A stretch of DNA of 64,000 nt, from assembly GCA_021831595.1 (NCBI GenBank), contig JAKBMK010000020.1, positions 2,801 to 66,800 on the forward strand, in the 5' to 3' direction. Each line of letters begins with the position of its first letter. The stretch's first letter is position 1. The translations under genes and the position numbers were made by a program. Positions 1-10,000 of the stretch are shown here, in pieces. The notes under the pieces are model-generated. The model worked only from the letters and a program-made list of their open reading frames with translations, did not search any database and was not told where the DNA came from. The stretch comes from a bacterium. GTDB lineage: Bacteria > Patescibacteriota > Minisyncoccia > Phycocordibacterales > UBA9973.

Positions 1-52
1 TTAACTTCAATTACTGTTATCATATGGGGCTTATAGTAACATATCTTATAAT

Positions 53-2011
53 TTATAGCAAATCTTCTGGATCAACATTTATTGAGAAAGAAGGGGAAAG
101 TCTGTATAGGTTTTCTTTTAGATGTTCGCTTATTATTTTCTTGTCATCAGTTAGAAGGGGCCAGAGATTTGGATCTATTTTAATAACAGTATTGGTGACG
201 TATTGGCCTTTAACTTTTCCAATGAAAGCACTGAAAACCTGTGGTTCATAACCTCCTAGGAATTTGTCGATGAAAGTTCGAGCCTTCTCTGTCTCGGCAC
301 CACTTCCTGCGAAAGTTATTTTGATTAATCTCTTGAATGGAGGGTAGCCGTATTGCTTTCTCTCTTTCAAATCTTCGCGATAAAGGGGTAGGACATTTCC
401 ACTCATGATATGCTCGAGAATTGTATTATCTGGACTTCTTGTTTGTATTATTAAATTTCTTTTTGTTATATCATGAAGCTTCTCCATGATGTGGAGAATT
501 TTTTGAGTTATGTTGAAACTAGGAATAGATAGGAGTCCATCGAGAGATATGATAGCACTATGTGTCACCTCTGTATTTATGTATGAGAACATCATTTCTG
601 TTCCGATTAGGATACTGCCTGGATTTTTGTAGAATGAAGTTATTGCCTCATGAGCTTCTTTGTCTGTCGTTATAACTTCCTTATCCATTTGTATAATTTT
701 GGCTTCTGGATATGTTTTTTTGACTTCGTCATAGACTCTATCTGTCCCAATACCGAGAGGAGTAAGATTCCAGCTTTGGCATTCTGCACATCTGACCTCT
801 GTTGTTTCTTTGTGTCCACATTTATTGCACATAAAAATACGTGAATTTACTATTTTTGTAGCATTGCGTTGCTTCGAACCATAGAGAACTACTGGAGTGG
901 AACAATTCGGGCATAGAAGAGTGTAGCCGCAATCATTACACACAGTGACTCCAGCTAAACCTTTTCTAATAGTAAATAGCAAAACAGATTCATTGTGTTC
1001 TAATGCGTATGAAATCATTTTCTTGGTTGTGTTAGATAAAATTGCGAAAGTTTTGGCTCCTTTTTCATCTACTTCATCTTTCATATCTATTACTATCTGT
1101 CTCTCTGCTTGAGGTAAACGAAAGAGTGGTGAAGCAACTTCTCCAAGTTCTCCTTGATCATGTCTGTATAGTGTATCGGGACGTAGAAGTGTATCTCCAA
1201 ATATTAATTTAGTTTTATTAATAGAAGAAAGTATTTCAGCGAAGCTCCGTATATCTACGAAAGGGCGACCAAACTGCTTGTAAGCATCCGAGCTTTCATG
1301 CTCTATTATGATAGTTTTGATATCGTGTCTTGGAATAGAGAGGAACATACCAGTTCCTATTATTAATATAGGATGTGTTTCTTCTATACAAGAATTATAT
1401 GTATTTATAAGGGTTTTCTTGCTTAGATCGCTATGGAAAGAGAAGACGTACTGGCTTATTCCTTTTGTTAATTCACTATTTAGTTGCTCTATATCAAAGC
1501 GGGTAGGAACACAAATGAAAACAGACTCTTTTTTGGCGAAAGCTTCTCTGATTAGAGTTCGGTACCAGCTCAGTCTATCAGGAGTGAGAGCTTGGAAAAT
1601 TAATTTTTCTTGTTTTAAGTTTAAAATTTCTTCACCAGCGATATCATCGTTTGCTCTTGATGTTTTCAAATTTTTTAAATTATCTAGGAAGATTGCAGGA
1701 AGCAAAGATTTTATGATAGTTCCAGTATTGCTGACAGTATAATCTCGCATTTTCTCGCAAGCTTTAAAAAATGCAGGAGAAAAAGGGGAATGTCCTTTCA
1801 CTCCGACAACTTTTTTTAATTGAAAATCTGCATTCTTTAAATCAAATTTCTGATCTCGAGCGTTTTCTACATTAATAACAATGCCATCGATATTTTTAGA
1901 TCGCAATGGGACAGAAATTATACTTCCAAGAGGAATATCATTGGGGGAGAAGTATGAAAGGTTTTCCTTCTGGAACCCCTTTTGTATAGGAATGACCGTT
2001 ACGATATACAT
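53..2011 (-). CDS. priA: Primosomal protein N' (PriA), helicase motifs degenerate
   Basis: N-terminal 3'-binding domain (GSIISVPLR), two CxxC-CxxC zinc knuckles (CNDC..CPNC, CNKC..CAEC), LGIGTDRV, ILIGTEM, IIQT, ERKQYGYPPF, C-terminal INVDP. Walker A and DExH are not conserved. Confidence 0.9.
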   Translation of the reverse strand: MYIVTVIPIQKGFQKENLSYFSPNDIPLGSIISVPLRSKNIDGIVINVENARDQKFDLKNADFQLKKVVGVKGHSPFSPAFFKACEKMRDYTVSNTGTIIKSLLPAIFLDNLKNLKTSRANDDIAGEEILNLKQEKLIFQALTPDRLSWYRTLIREAFAKKESVFICVPTRFDIEQLNSELTKGISQYVFSFHSDLSKKTLINTYNSCIEETHPILIIGTGMFLSIPRHDIKTIIIEHESSDAYKQFGRPFVDIRSFAEILSSINKTKLIFGDTLLRPDTLYRHDQGELGEVASPLFRLPQAERQIVIDMKDEVDEKGAKTFAILSNTTKKMISYALEHNESVLLFTIRKGLAGVTVCNDCGYTLLCPNCSTPVVLYGSKQRNATKIVNSRIFMCNKCGHKETTEVRCAECQSWNLTPLGIGTDRVYDEVKKTYPEAKIIQMDKEVITTDKEAHEAITSFYKNPGSILIGTEMMFSYINTEVTHSAIISLDGLLSIPSFNITQKILHIMEKLHDITKRNLIIQTRSPDNTILEHIMSGNVLPLYREDLKERKQYGYPPFKRLIKITFAGSGAETEKARTFIDKFLGGYEPQVFSAFIGKVKGQYVTNTVIKIDPNLWPLLTDDKKIISEHLKENLYRLSPSFSINVDPEDLL

Positions 2012-2126
2012 CCCGTACGAAGCAGGTCGCGGTCATCATTTTATAAATAAACCGAATCTGCTGTAATTAATTTACTAATATACTTTAAATTATGTTATAT
2101 CCCGTGACCGCGGTTTCGTACGGGAT
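2010..2126 (-). mobile_element. ~117-bp inverted-repeat (MITE-like/structured) element, copy 1, ending in the priA start codon
   Basis: Ends ATCCCGTACGAAGC (2010-2023) / GTTTCGTACGGGAT (2113-2126); homologous to 11421-11540; core flanked by ATACAT direct repeat (2006-2011, 2125-2130). Confidence 0.75.
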
Positions 2127-2206
2127 ACATACTTATATGTTAGCACAAAATAGTATATTTTAAACATTTAATTTTTTATGATATAGTTCTATTATCAAAC
2201 AATCAT

Positions 2207-3220
2207 ATGGCTTTATTTTCTAAAAAATTAGGGATTGATTTGGGGACAGCAAATACCCTTGTATATCTACCTGGTAAGGGGGTAGTTTTGAATGAGCCGT
2301 CAGTCGTAGCTGTGTCTGAACAAGACAACACCATTTTGGCTATTGGACTTGAAGCCAAAGAGATGATTGGTAAAACCCCAGAGAGTATCATCGTATATCG
2401 TCCAATGAAAGACGGTGTGATTGCTGATTATAGAGTGACAGAAGCAATGCTTCGTTATTTCATAACTAAAACTTTGGGAAAATATAATTTATTCAAACCA
2501 GATGTCATGGTCTCAGTCCCAGCTGGAATAACTTCTACTGAGCGTCGTGCTGTGGTAGAGGCAGCAGTGAAAGCTGGAGCTGCCAATGCTTATGTCGTGA
2601 AGGAGCCAATATTGGCGGCGATAGGAGCAGGTATACCAATTCATGAATCAAAAGGGCACATGATTATGGATATAGGTGGGGGAACAACTGACGTGGCAGT
2701 TATTGCTCTTGGAGGCATTGTGGCTTCTACTTCTGTAAAATGTGCTGGAGATAAAATAGATCAAGCAATTGCCGACTATATAAAGAAGACTTTTAATCTC
2801 GCTATTGGTGACAGAACAGCTGAAGCAATAAAGATAAAAATAGGAGCTGCTATTCCACTAGAAGAAGAACTTACAATTACTATAAAAGGCCGCGATTTCA
2901 TACAAGGTTTACCTAGAACAGCTCAGATTTCTACAAATGAAATAGTGAGAGCTATAGATAGAGAGTTACGCACAATGATAAGTGCCATAAAGGACGTTTT
3001 GTCGCAAACTCCACCCGAATTATCTTCCGATATTATTGATGACGGTATAATAATGACAGGAGGATCATCGCTTCTCAGAAATTTATCAGAACTCATATAT
3101 AGGCGAACAGGCGTAAAGGCTCGAGTAGCAGATGAAGCGATACTCTGCGTTGCGAAAGGTACAGGGGAAGCACTAAACCATTTAGACACATACAAAAAGA
3201 CAATAATAAGTAAAAGATGA
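2207..3220 (+). CDS. mreB: Rod shape-determining protein MreB
   Basis: GIDLGTANT, NEPSVVA, RPMKDGVIAD, DIGGGTTD, TGGSSLL actin-fold motifs. Confidence 0.97.
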   Translation: MALFSKKLGIDLGTANTLVYLPGKGVVLNEPSVVAVSEQDNTILAIGLEAKEMIGKTPESIIVYRPMKDGVIADYRVTEAMLRYFITKTLGKYNLFKPDVMVSVPAGITSTERRAVVEAAVKAGAANAYVVKEPILAAIGAGIPIHESKGHMIMDIGGGTTDVAVIALGGIVASTSVKCAGDKIDQAIADYIKKTFNLAIGDRTAEAIKIKIGAAIPLEEELTITIKGRDFIQGLPRTAQISTNEIVRAIDRELRTMISAIKDVLSQTPPELSSDIIDDGIIMTGGSSLLRNLSELIYRRTGVKARVADEAILCVAKGTGEALNHLDTYKKTIISKR

Positions 3221-4335
3221 AAATTTTAAAAAATAAAAGTATATTTGAAATTATCTTAATAATAACATTTTTTGGATTAGCCATAGTTGGGCTAGTATTT
3301 TCTGTGGTCTTTGTGGCGATGAGATTACATTTAACGGATGTTAAAGGAAGTATTGATGCTAGGAATGAATATTTTAAAGAGATACAAGATACAACAGCCA
3401 AGATTTCTACTATAGACAAAACGGAGAACGAACTAAATATAAGAAGGGTTAATGCGGAAGTTGAGTGCAAAATTATTACCGTTTTGTCTGATTTCCCTAT
3501 AAATGGACAAAAAATCCTCGATACTTATATTAAGACCAAAGATCAGACTCTCGTTCTCAAAATGGTTGATGCTTTGGTGTCAGTCACGGCTTATGATAAT
3601 TCCTTGAAGGACAAAATAGATCGATGTACCTTTATGGCGAAGAATAATTTGTCTAAAAATGATAGTTTGAGCAATCAAGATATATTCAACTGGATATCAT
3701 CTTCTGAATGGATAACCCTAAGAGATGCATTAATAAAAGATAAAGACAATATTTTGGAAGCTAGTCGTGTGTCTGGGGTGCCAGCTAGAACGATAGTCGC
3801 AACCGTTATCTCAGAACAGTTTAGATTCTTTACTGCAAACAGAGAATCATATAAAAAGTTTTTTGAACCTTTGAAAATTTTGGGCAATGGGACAAAATTC
3901 TCTTATGGAGTAGCTGGAGTAAAATTTGAAACTGCTAGAATGATTGAAAACAATTTAAAAGATAAAAATAGTCCATATTATCTCGGTTATGCCTATGAAA
4001 ATGTTTTGGATTATACAGACCAGAATACAGATGCAGTGCTGATGGATAGACTTACCAACAAGGATAATCATTATTACTCATATCTCTATACAGGTCTCTT
4101 TTTGAAGCAAATAATGAATCAATGGAAGAATGCTAGCTATCCTATCGGTGATCGTCCAGAAGTGCTATCTACCTTATTTAATCTAGGTTTTAATAAGTCT
4201 ACGCCAAAAGAAAATCCAGATATTGGAGGGTCTACTATTACTATAAATGGCCGTGATTATACCTTTGGCGGACTTTCTTATGAGTTCTACTATTCTGGAG
4301 AACTTTCCGAAATTTTCCCTTTCGCGGTACAATAG
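3217..4335 (+). CDS. Membrane-anchored protein with probable lysozyme/lytic-transglycosylase-like C-terminal domain
   Basis: N-terminal TM helix; ILEASRVSGVPARTIVATVISEQ, YGVAGVK and LSTLFNLG resemble SLT motifs I-III; ATGA overlap with mreB. Confidence 0.5.
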   Translation: MKILKNKSIFEIILIITFFGLAIVGLVFSVVFVAMRLHLTDVKGSIDARNEYFKEIQDTTAKISTIDKTENELNIRRVNAEVECKIITVLSDFPINGQKILDTYIKTKDQTLVLKMVDALVSVTAYDNSLKDKIDRCTFMAKNNLSKNDSLSNQDIFNWISSSEWITLRDALIKDKDNILEASRVSGVPARTIVATVISEQFRFFTANRESYKKFFEPLKILGNGTKFSYGVAGVKFETARMIENNLKDKNSPYYLGYAYENVLDYTDQNTDAVLMDRLTNKDNHYYSYLYTGLFLKQIMNQWKNASYPIGDRPEVLSTLFNLGFNKSTPKENPDIGGSTITINGRDYTFGGLSYEFYYSGELSEIFPFAVQ

Positions 4336-4339
4336 TCTT

Positions 4340-5038
4340 ATGAATAATTTCAGTCAATTATTCCCAGAGAATTTGTATCATAGTTATGTGATAGAAGGCG
4401 ATCCTCTCGAGATTGTTTATCTTCTTCGTATATATTTAGAAGAGAGAGGTGATGTGAATAAATATAGTCCTGATGTCATGCTAAACCTCTATGATGCTTT
4501 TAATATTGAAGATGGTCATAAATTGAAAGAATGGTACAAGAATAAACCCGTCGATGGAAAGAAAAAGATATGTATCCTCGGTGCCAAGTTTATCAATCGT
4601 GAAGCAGAGCAAGCCTTACTTAAAATTATAGAAGAGCCGACAGCTGAAACACACTTCTTCATCGTTGTACCTGATTCATCGCTTCTTCTTGGTACAATAC
4701 TTTCTCGTGTTCATTTGATAAAGAATTTGAAAAGCGATAACAAATTCGAAGACAAAATAGCCGGAGAGTTTATTAAAGCTAGTCCAAAAGAAAGAATTGA
4801 AAAAGTGGCCGAGATAATAAAAGAATTTAAAGATAATGAGAACAGTGGGGGACTCCGATATTATTCAATATCTTTAATAAACGGGATAGAGAGGATTGTT
4901 TATGAGAAATGGAAGAAAGATTTGAATAGTGGAGAATTAAAGTTTATTTTGGGTGAATTAAAAAATTGTAGGGGTTATCTCTCTACTCCTGGTGCTGCTG
5001 TCAAAATGATTTTGGAGCACGTCGCTCTTGTGGTATAA
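4340..5038 (+). CDS. DNA polymerase III delta' subunit-like (short HolB-like)
   Basis: KKICIL...INREAEQALLKIIEEP..ETHFFIV...LLGTILSRV matches HolB; likely start ATG 4340. Confidence 0.75.
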   Translation: MNNFSQLFPENLYHSYVIEGDPLEIVYLLRIYLEERGDVNKYSPDVMLNLYDAFNIEDGHKLKEWYKNKPVDGKKKICILGAKFINREAEQALLKIIEEPTAETHFFIVVPDSSLLLGTILSRVHLIKNLKSDNKFEDKIAGEFIKASPKERIEKVAEIIKEFKDNENSGGLRYYSISLINGIERIVYEKWKKDLNSGELKFILGELKNCRGYLSTPGAAVKMILEHVALVV

Positions 5039-5047
5039 TATAAGCAT

Positions 5048-5584
5048 ATGGCATACAATACAACAAATTTTAAGACAAAATTAAAAGGGGCAGAAGAATG
5101 GCTTTCAAAGGAGTATGGTTCTGTACATACAGGCAGAGCAACTCCACTTATTCTTGACTCTGTTATGGTAGAAAGTTATGGAACATACATGCCCATCAAG
5201 AATGTGGCTAGTGTGTCTATCGAAGATCCAAAGACGCTTCGAATCGCTCCATGGGATAAGAGTCAGATCAAAGCGCTTGAAAGTGCTATCTCTGCAGCTA
5301 ATCTAGGACTTTCGGTGGTATCAGATAGTGACGGAGTTCGTGCTATCTTTCCAATGCTTACTACAGAGAACCGCAGCAAGCTTGTAAAAATATTGAAAGA
5401 AAAGCTAGAAGATGCTCGCATCAGTGTTCGCAAAGAAAGACAAGCCGAGATAGACTCGACTTCAGGATTACCAGAAGATGAAGCCAAAAGAGCAAAGGAT
5501 GATATCCAGAAATGTGTAGATGAAGCCAACAACAACCTTGAAGCAATCTTTTCTAAAAAAGAAACAGATCTAATGAATAATTAA
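5048..5584 (+). CDS. frr: Ribosome recycling factor
   Basis: VHTGRATP, VESYG, IAPWDKS, LTTENRSKLVK, ARISVRKER. Confidence 0.96.
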   Translation: MAYNTTNFKTKLKGAEEWLSKEYGSVHTGRATPLILDSVMVESYGTYMPIKNVASVSIEDPKTLRIAPWDKSQIKALESAISAANLGLSVVSDSDGVRAIFPMLTTENRSKLVKILKEKLEDARISVRKERQAEIDSTSGLPEDEAKRAKDDIQKCVDEANNNLEAIFSKKETDLMNN

Positions 5585-5625
5585 ATTAAAACCTCTAGAT
5601 TATAATCTAGAGGTTTTAATTTAAT
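5580..5625. terminator. Perfect 46-bp palindrome after frr, probable terminator
   Basis: ATTAAATTAAAACCTCTAGATTA / TAATCTAGAGGTTTTAATTTAAT. Confidence 0.65.
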
Positions 5626-5655
5626 CTAAATATCAATTTGTGGTATGATGGCTTC

Positions 5656-6747
5656 ATGTCAATCATAATTTTTATTGTTATTTTATTAGTATTAGTTGTT
5701 TCCCATGAATTTGGACACTTTATAGTGGCGAAAAAGTCTGGAATCAGGGTAGACGAATTTTCCTTTGGCTTTCCTCCTAAAATTTATGGAAAGAAAGTAG
5801 GAGAAACGACCTATAATCTCAACGCTCTTCCTTTTGGTGGATATGTGAAAATTTTCGGAGAAAATGGTGATGATCCAGATGTAAGCGAAGAAGATAAAAA
5901 AAGAAGTTTTGTAAATAAACCAAGATATATTCAGGCCGCAGTCTTGGTCGCTGGTGTTGTGATGAATTTCCTAGTAGCCTGGCTTTTGCTCTCTGTTGGT
6001 TTTATGTCGGGGCTTCCTTCTTCTGTTAGTATGGCTCCTAGTGGATCAAATATAGACAATAGGTATATAACAGTTACGAATGTGGTGAAGAGTAGTCCTG
6101 CAGAGATAGGAGGACTAAAGACAGGTGATAAATTATTGAAACTAGTAACCCCTAAAGATTATACAGAAGTTTCTTCAGCAGAAAGTGTTCAGTACTTTGT
6201 CAAAAAGCATGCTGGTGAGTCTATTAAAATAGAGTATTTAAGAGGCAAGGAAAACAAAGAAACAGAAGTTACTCCGATAAACAACAAGGAAGGTGTCCCA
6301 GCGATAGGTATTGCGATGGATACAATAGGTACTCTCAAATTGCCAATCCATAAAGCTGTTTGGGAAGGATTGAAGCTTACAACAGATATTACGATAAGTA
6401 CGGCTGTGGGATTCTATAACTTGATAAGTCAGGCAGTTGTAGGTAAGGCAGATATGTCGTCTGTCACAGGACCTGTCGGAATCGTCGGAGTTGTCGGAGA
6501 TGCAGCTTCGTTTGGATTCATATATTTGCTTTCTTTCACTGCTCTCATATCTATAAACTTGGCAGTTATAAACTTGCTCCCATTTCCAGCTCTTGATGGA
6601 GGTAGACTTCTCTTCCTTTTGATAGAGAAAATAAAGGGTTCACGTATTAAACCTGAAATTGGGAATTTGATAAATATGATAGGTTTTGGGTTACTTATGG
6701 TATTGATGGTTTTCATCACTTATCACGATATTGTTAAGTTGTTTTAA
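5656..6747 (+). CDS. rseP: RIP metalloprotease RseP (M50, PDZ)
   Basis: HEFGH, PFGGYVKI, PDZ region, NLLPFPALDGG; start probably ATG 5656, 6 nt after TGgTATGAT. Confidence 0.95.
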   Translation: MSIIIFIVILLVLVVSHEFGHFIVAKKSGIRVDEFSFGFPPKIYGKKVGETTYNLNALPFGGYVKIFGENGDDPDVSEEDKKRSFVNKPRYIQAAVLVAGVVMNFLVAWLLLSVGFMSGLPSSVSMAPSGSNIDNRYITVTNVVKSSPAEIGGLKTGDKLLKLVTPKDYTEVSSAESVQYFVKKHAGESIKIEYLRGKENKETEVTPINNKEGVPAIGIAMDTIGTLKLPIHKAVWEGLKLTTDITISTAVGFYNLISQAVVGKADMSSVTGPVGIVGVVGDAASFGFIYLLSFTALISINLAVINLLPFPALDGGRLLFLLIEKIKGSRIKPEIGNLINMIGFGLLMVLMVFITYHDIVKLF

Positions 6748-6756
6748 ATGTCACAG

Positions 6757-6793
6757 AAAACCCCGCTCTGATAAATGTCGGAGCGGGGTTTTT
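6757..6793 (+). terminator. Intrinsic terminator after rseP
   Basis: AAAACCCCGCTC...GAGCGGGGTTTTT GC stem plus T tract. Confidence 0.8.
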
Positions 6794-6878
6794 ATTTACA
6801 AAATCAGAAAAGTATGATAAAGTATACGTAGCTCGCCACAAGGCGATTTTATTTTTAAACTAAAAAGAATTTACAATA

Positions 6879-8699
6879 ATGAAACCAAACGAAATCCGAA
6901 ATATAGCTATAATCGCCCACGTTGACCATGGGAAAACAACTCTGACTGACCAACTCATGAAGCAATGCGGAATGGTGGAGGAAGGGGTTTCTATGGATTC
7001 CAATGCTCTAGAACTTGAACGTGGTATAACTATTTATTCAAAAAATACATCTGTTAACTATAAAGGAACAAAAATAAACATTGTGGACACACCAGGCCAC
7101 GCGGATTTCGGATCTGAAGTTGAACGTGTTCTCCGTGCCATTGATTCTGTTTTGTTACTTGTAGATGCTCAAGAAGGGCCAATGCCTCAGACGAGATTTG
7201 TTCTCAAGAAATCTCTTGAATTAGGTCTAAAACCTATAGTTGTTATAAACAAAATAGACAAGCCGGCCGCAAATCCTGATCGTGTTCACGAAGAAGTCCT
7301 TGAATTATTCATGGAGCTTGGTGCAACCGACGAGCAAATCGATTTCAAAACTATATATGCGATAGGTCGCGAAGGCAAGGCCTTCGCAAAACTAGGTGAT
7401 GAGTCTAAAGATCTTACTCCGCTTCTTGATCTAATTCTTTCTGACGTCAAAGAAGCTTCGAGTGTAGAAGATCGTCCTTTCCAAGCCCAAGTGTTCAACC
7501 TAGGCTATGATAACTTCATGGGGCGTTTAGCTATTGTTCGTGTTTATACAGGTATGGTTAAAACTGGATCAACTATCATAGTGAAGAATGTAGATGGTAC
7601 ATCAAGAAATGCTCGTATTTCCAAAATGTTTACATTTGAAGGTATTAATAGAAAAGAAGTTGATGTTATAACTTCTGGAGATATCGCTCTCATTGCTGGA
7701 ATTCCTGATGTGTATATCGGCGAGACTATTTGCGATAATATAGACACTGAAACTCTACCTTCTATCGCTATTGATGAACCAACCATCTCTCTAAATTTCT
7801 TGGTGAATGATTCACCTTTCTGTGGACGCGAAGGTAAATATGTTACAAGTCGCCAAATCAGAGAGCGGTTAGAGAAAGAGCTTGAAATAAATGTGGGTTT
7901 AAAAATTAATTTTGATGGTACTGATCAAGAAGAACAGCAAGAAGGATATTTAGTATACGGAAGAGGGGAACTCCATATTGCAATCTTGCTTGAGAATATG
8001 CGTCGCGAAGGATATGAACTTCAAGTCTCTCAACCTCACGTAATTATCAAAGAGGAAAATGGCAAACAATTAGAACCTTACGAAGAAGTGACTATAGATG
8101 TTCGAAGTGATGTTTCTGGAGCAGTAATAGAGAAACTCACAGCTCGTCGTGGACTTATCACAAGTATGCATGAAAAGGATGGAATAGTCCGAATGCTCAT
8201 GGAGATTCCTACGAGAGGTTTACTTGGATACAGAGGACAATTCGTCGTCGATACTAGAGGAGAAGGATTAATCGCTTCTCGTTTTATTGGATTTAAAGAT
8301 TATGCTGGAGAAATAAAGAAGAGGGATGTGGGTTCGATGACTTCTATGATTACTGGTAAGGTCGCTGCTTTTTCACTTTGGACTTTGCAAGAAAGAGGAA
8401 TACTATACGTTGAACATGGAGATGAAGTTTACGAAGGTATGGTTATTGGTAATGTTACGAAAGGAGACGAGATGGTTGTAAACCCAACAAAGGGGAAACA
8501 ACTTTCCAATATGCGTGCTTCTGGTTCTGATGAAGCAATAAACGTAAAACCACCATACAAACTCTCTATCGAGCGAGGACTTGAGATAATGGCAGATGAT
8601 GAATTCCTTGAAATTACACCAAAGAATACTCGTTTGCGCAAGAAATTACTAACAGAGCAAGACAGAGCAAAAGCTAAAACAGCAGCTAGTAAGAAGTAA
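6879..8699 (+). CDS. typA: Translational GTPase TypA/BipA
   Basis: RNIAIIAHVDHGKTT, ERGITI, DTPGHADF, NKID, GRGELH, C-terminal LSNMRASG. Confidence 0.97.
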   Translation: MKPNEIRNIAIIAHVDHGKTTLTDQLMKQCGMVEEGVSMDSNALELERGITIYSKNTSVNYKGTKINIVDTPGHADFGSEVERVLRAIDSVLLLVDAQEGPMPQTRFVLKKSLELGLKPIVVINKIDKPAANPDRVHEEVLELFMELGATDEQIDFKTIYAIGREGKAFAKLGDESKDLTPLLDLILSDVKEASSVEDRPFQAQVFNLGYDNFMGRLAIVRVYTGMVKTGSTIIVKNVDGTSRNARISKMFTFEGINRKEVDVITSGDIALIAGIPDVYIGETICDNIDTETLPSIAIDEPTISLNFLVNDSPFCGREGKYVTSRQIRERLEKELEINVGLKINFDGTDQEEQQEGYLVYGRGELHIAILLENMRREGYELQVSQPHVIIKEENGKQLEPYEEVTIDVRSDVSGAVIEKLTARRGLITSMHEKDGIVRMLMEIPTRGLLGYRGQFVVDTRGEGLIASRFIGFKDYAGEIKKRDVGSMTSMITGKVAAFSLWTLQERGILYVEHGDEVYEGMVIGNVTKGDEMVVNPTKGKQLSNMRASGSDEAINVKPPYKLSIERGLEIMADDEFLEITPKNTRLRKKLLTEQDRAKAKTAASKK

Positions 8700-8803
8700 A
8701 AAAGCTTTATTTTAAAGGATTTGTAGAAAAATTTGACTTTATTTGATAGTAATGATATTATCAAAAAACAGAATAATAAATTATTAATTTAATTGAAAAG
8801 ACA

Positions 8804-9835
8804 ATGGCAAATACTATAACATTCAAACCTAAACAAGTTACCAAGAAAATACTTTCAAATTTACCCACACGCGCTTACGACGTAGTCGTGAATCGTTTTG
8901 GAATTACCACAGATGGAGAAAGAAAGACATTAGAAGCTATCGGTAAAAAGTATGGTATCACTCGTGAACGTGTACGTCAGATAGAAAATTCTGCCTTGTC
9001 TCTAATTCGCAAAAGTGACGCATTCAAAAGTGAAAAAGCTGTTTTCGAAGAGTTAAAGAGTCTCATGCATACTATGGGAGCTATTGTCTCAGAACATGAT
9101 TTCCTTAATCATCTCTCGAAAGATAAAATAACTCAGAACAATATTCATCTCTTCATGACTCTTAGTGATGAATTCACAAAACACAAAGAAGATGCACATT
9201 TCAAAACTCGTTGGAGTGTAGACGCAGAAGTTTCTGACAAGATTCACAAATCTCTTAAAAATCTATTTGAAAATCTCTCTGATAATGAATTAATCTCTGA
9301 AGGAGAATTAGTTGCAAAGTTCTTAGAAGAAGTCAAAGACTTGGCTGATAAATACAAGAATGAAGAGATAGCAAAGAGATGGCTCTCAATATCCAAGACC
9401 TTGAACAAGAATCCTCTTGGTGAATGGGGTAAATCTACTTCATCTTCTATTAAGGCTCGTGGAGTTAAAGATTATGCATTCCTAATGATGAGAAAGCATG
9501 GATCTCCTATGCACTTTAGAGAAGTTGCAAAGGCTGTCGCCAATACTTTTGATAAGAAGTGCCACACAGCAACTTGCCACAACGAACTTATAAAAGATCC
9601 TCGCTTTGTTTTGGTTGGACGCGGAATCTATGCTTTATCTGAATGGGGTTATAAGTCTGGAGTTGTACGTGATGTCATCAATGAACTTCTAAAGAAGAAT
9701 GGTCCAATGAGTAAAGATGATATTGTGGATCAAGTAATGAAGGAGAGATACTTGAAGAAGAATACAATCCTAGTCAATTTACAAAACGCAAAATATTTTA
9801 AGAAGAATAAATCAGGACTTTATACAGCAGTTTAA
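8804..9835 (+). CDS. Sigma70 region-4 HTH plus HARE-HTH (RNAP delta-like) domain protein
   Basis: TLEAIGKKYGITRERVRQIE (sigma r4); GVKDYAFLMMRKHGSPMHFREVA...FVLVGRGIYALSEW (HARE-HTH-like); no sigma region 2. Confidence 0.75.
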   Translation: MANTITFKPKQVTKKILSNLPTRAYDVVVNRFGITTDGERKTLEAIGKKYGITRERVRQIENSALSLIRKSDAFKSEKAVFEELKSLMHTMGAIVSEHDFLNHLSKDKITQNNIHLFMTLSDEFTKHKEDAHFKTRWSVDAEVSDKIHKSLKNLFENLSDNELISEGELVAKFLEEVKDLADKYKNEEIAKRWLSISKTLNKNPLGEWGKSTSSSIKARGVKDYAFLMMRKHGSPMHFREVAKAVANTFDKKCHTATCHNELIKDPRFVLVGRGIYALSEWGYKSGVVRDVINELLKKNGPMSKDDIVDQVMKERYLKKNTILVNLQNAKYFKKNKSGLYTAV

Positions 9836-9872
9836 AAAAATCCCGCGAATCGCAAGATCCGCGGGATTTTTG
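9834..9872 (+). terminator. Intrinsic terminator
   Basis: AAAAAAATCCCGCG..ATCGCAAGAT..CGCGGGATTTTT. Confidence 0.8.
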
Positions 9873-9919
9873 TTTGTAAAATTTCCTAAATTAACTTCGA
9901 GGTGTTATATGGAATACCA

Positions 9920-9992
9920 TATAGCAACAGCATTCGGACATTACACAAATGAATAATCGTTCATTTGCGTATGTTCCTCATTTGTTGCTATA
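9920..9992. repeat. 73-bp imperfect palindrome whose 3' arm contains an extended -10 box
   Basis: TATAGCAACA / TGTTGCTATA outer arms; TACACAAATGAA / TTCATTTGCGTA inner arms; TGcTATAAT at 9986-9994. Confidence 0.65.
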
Positions 9993-10000
9993 ATAGAGGC

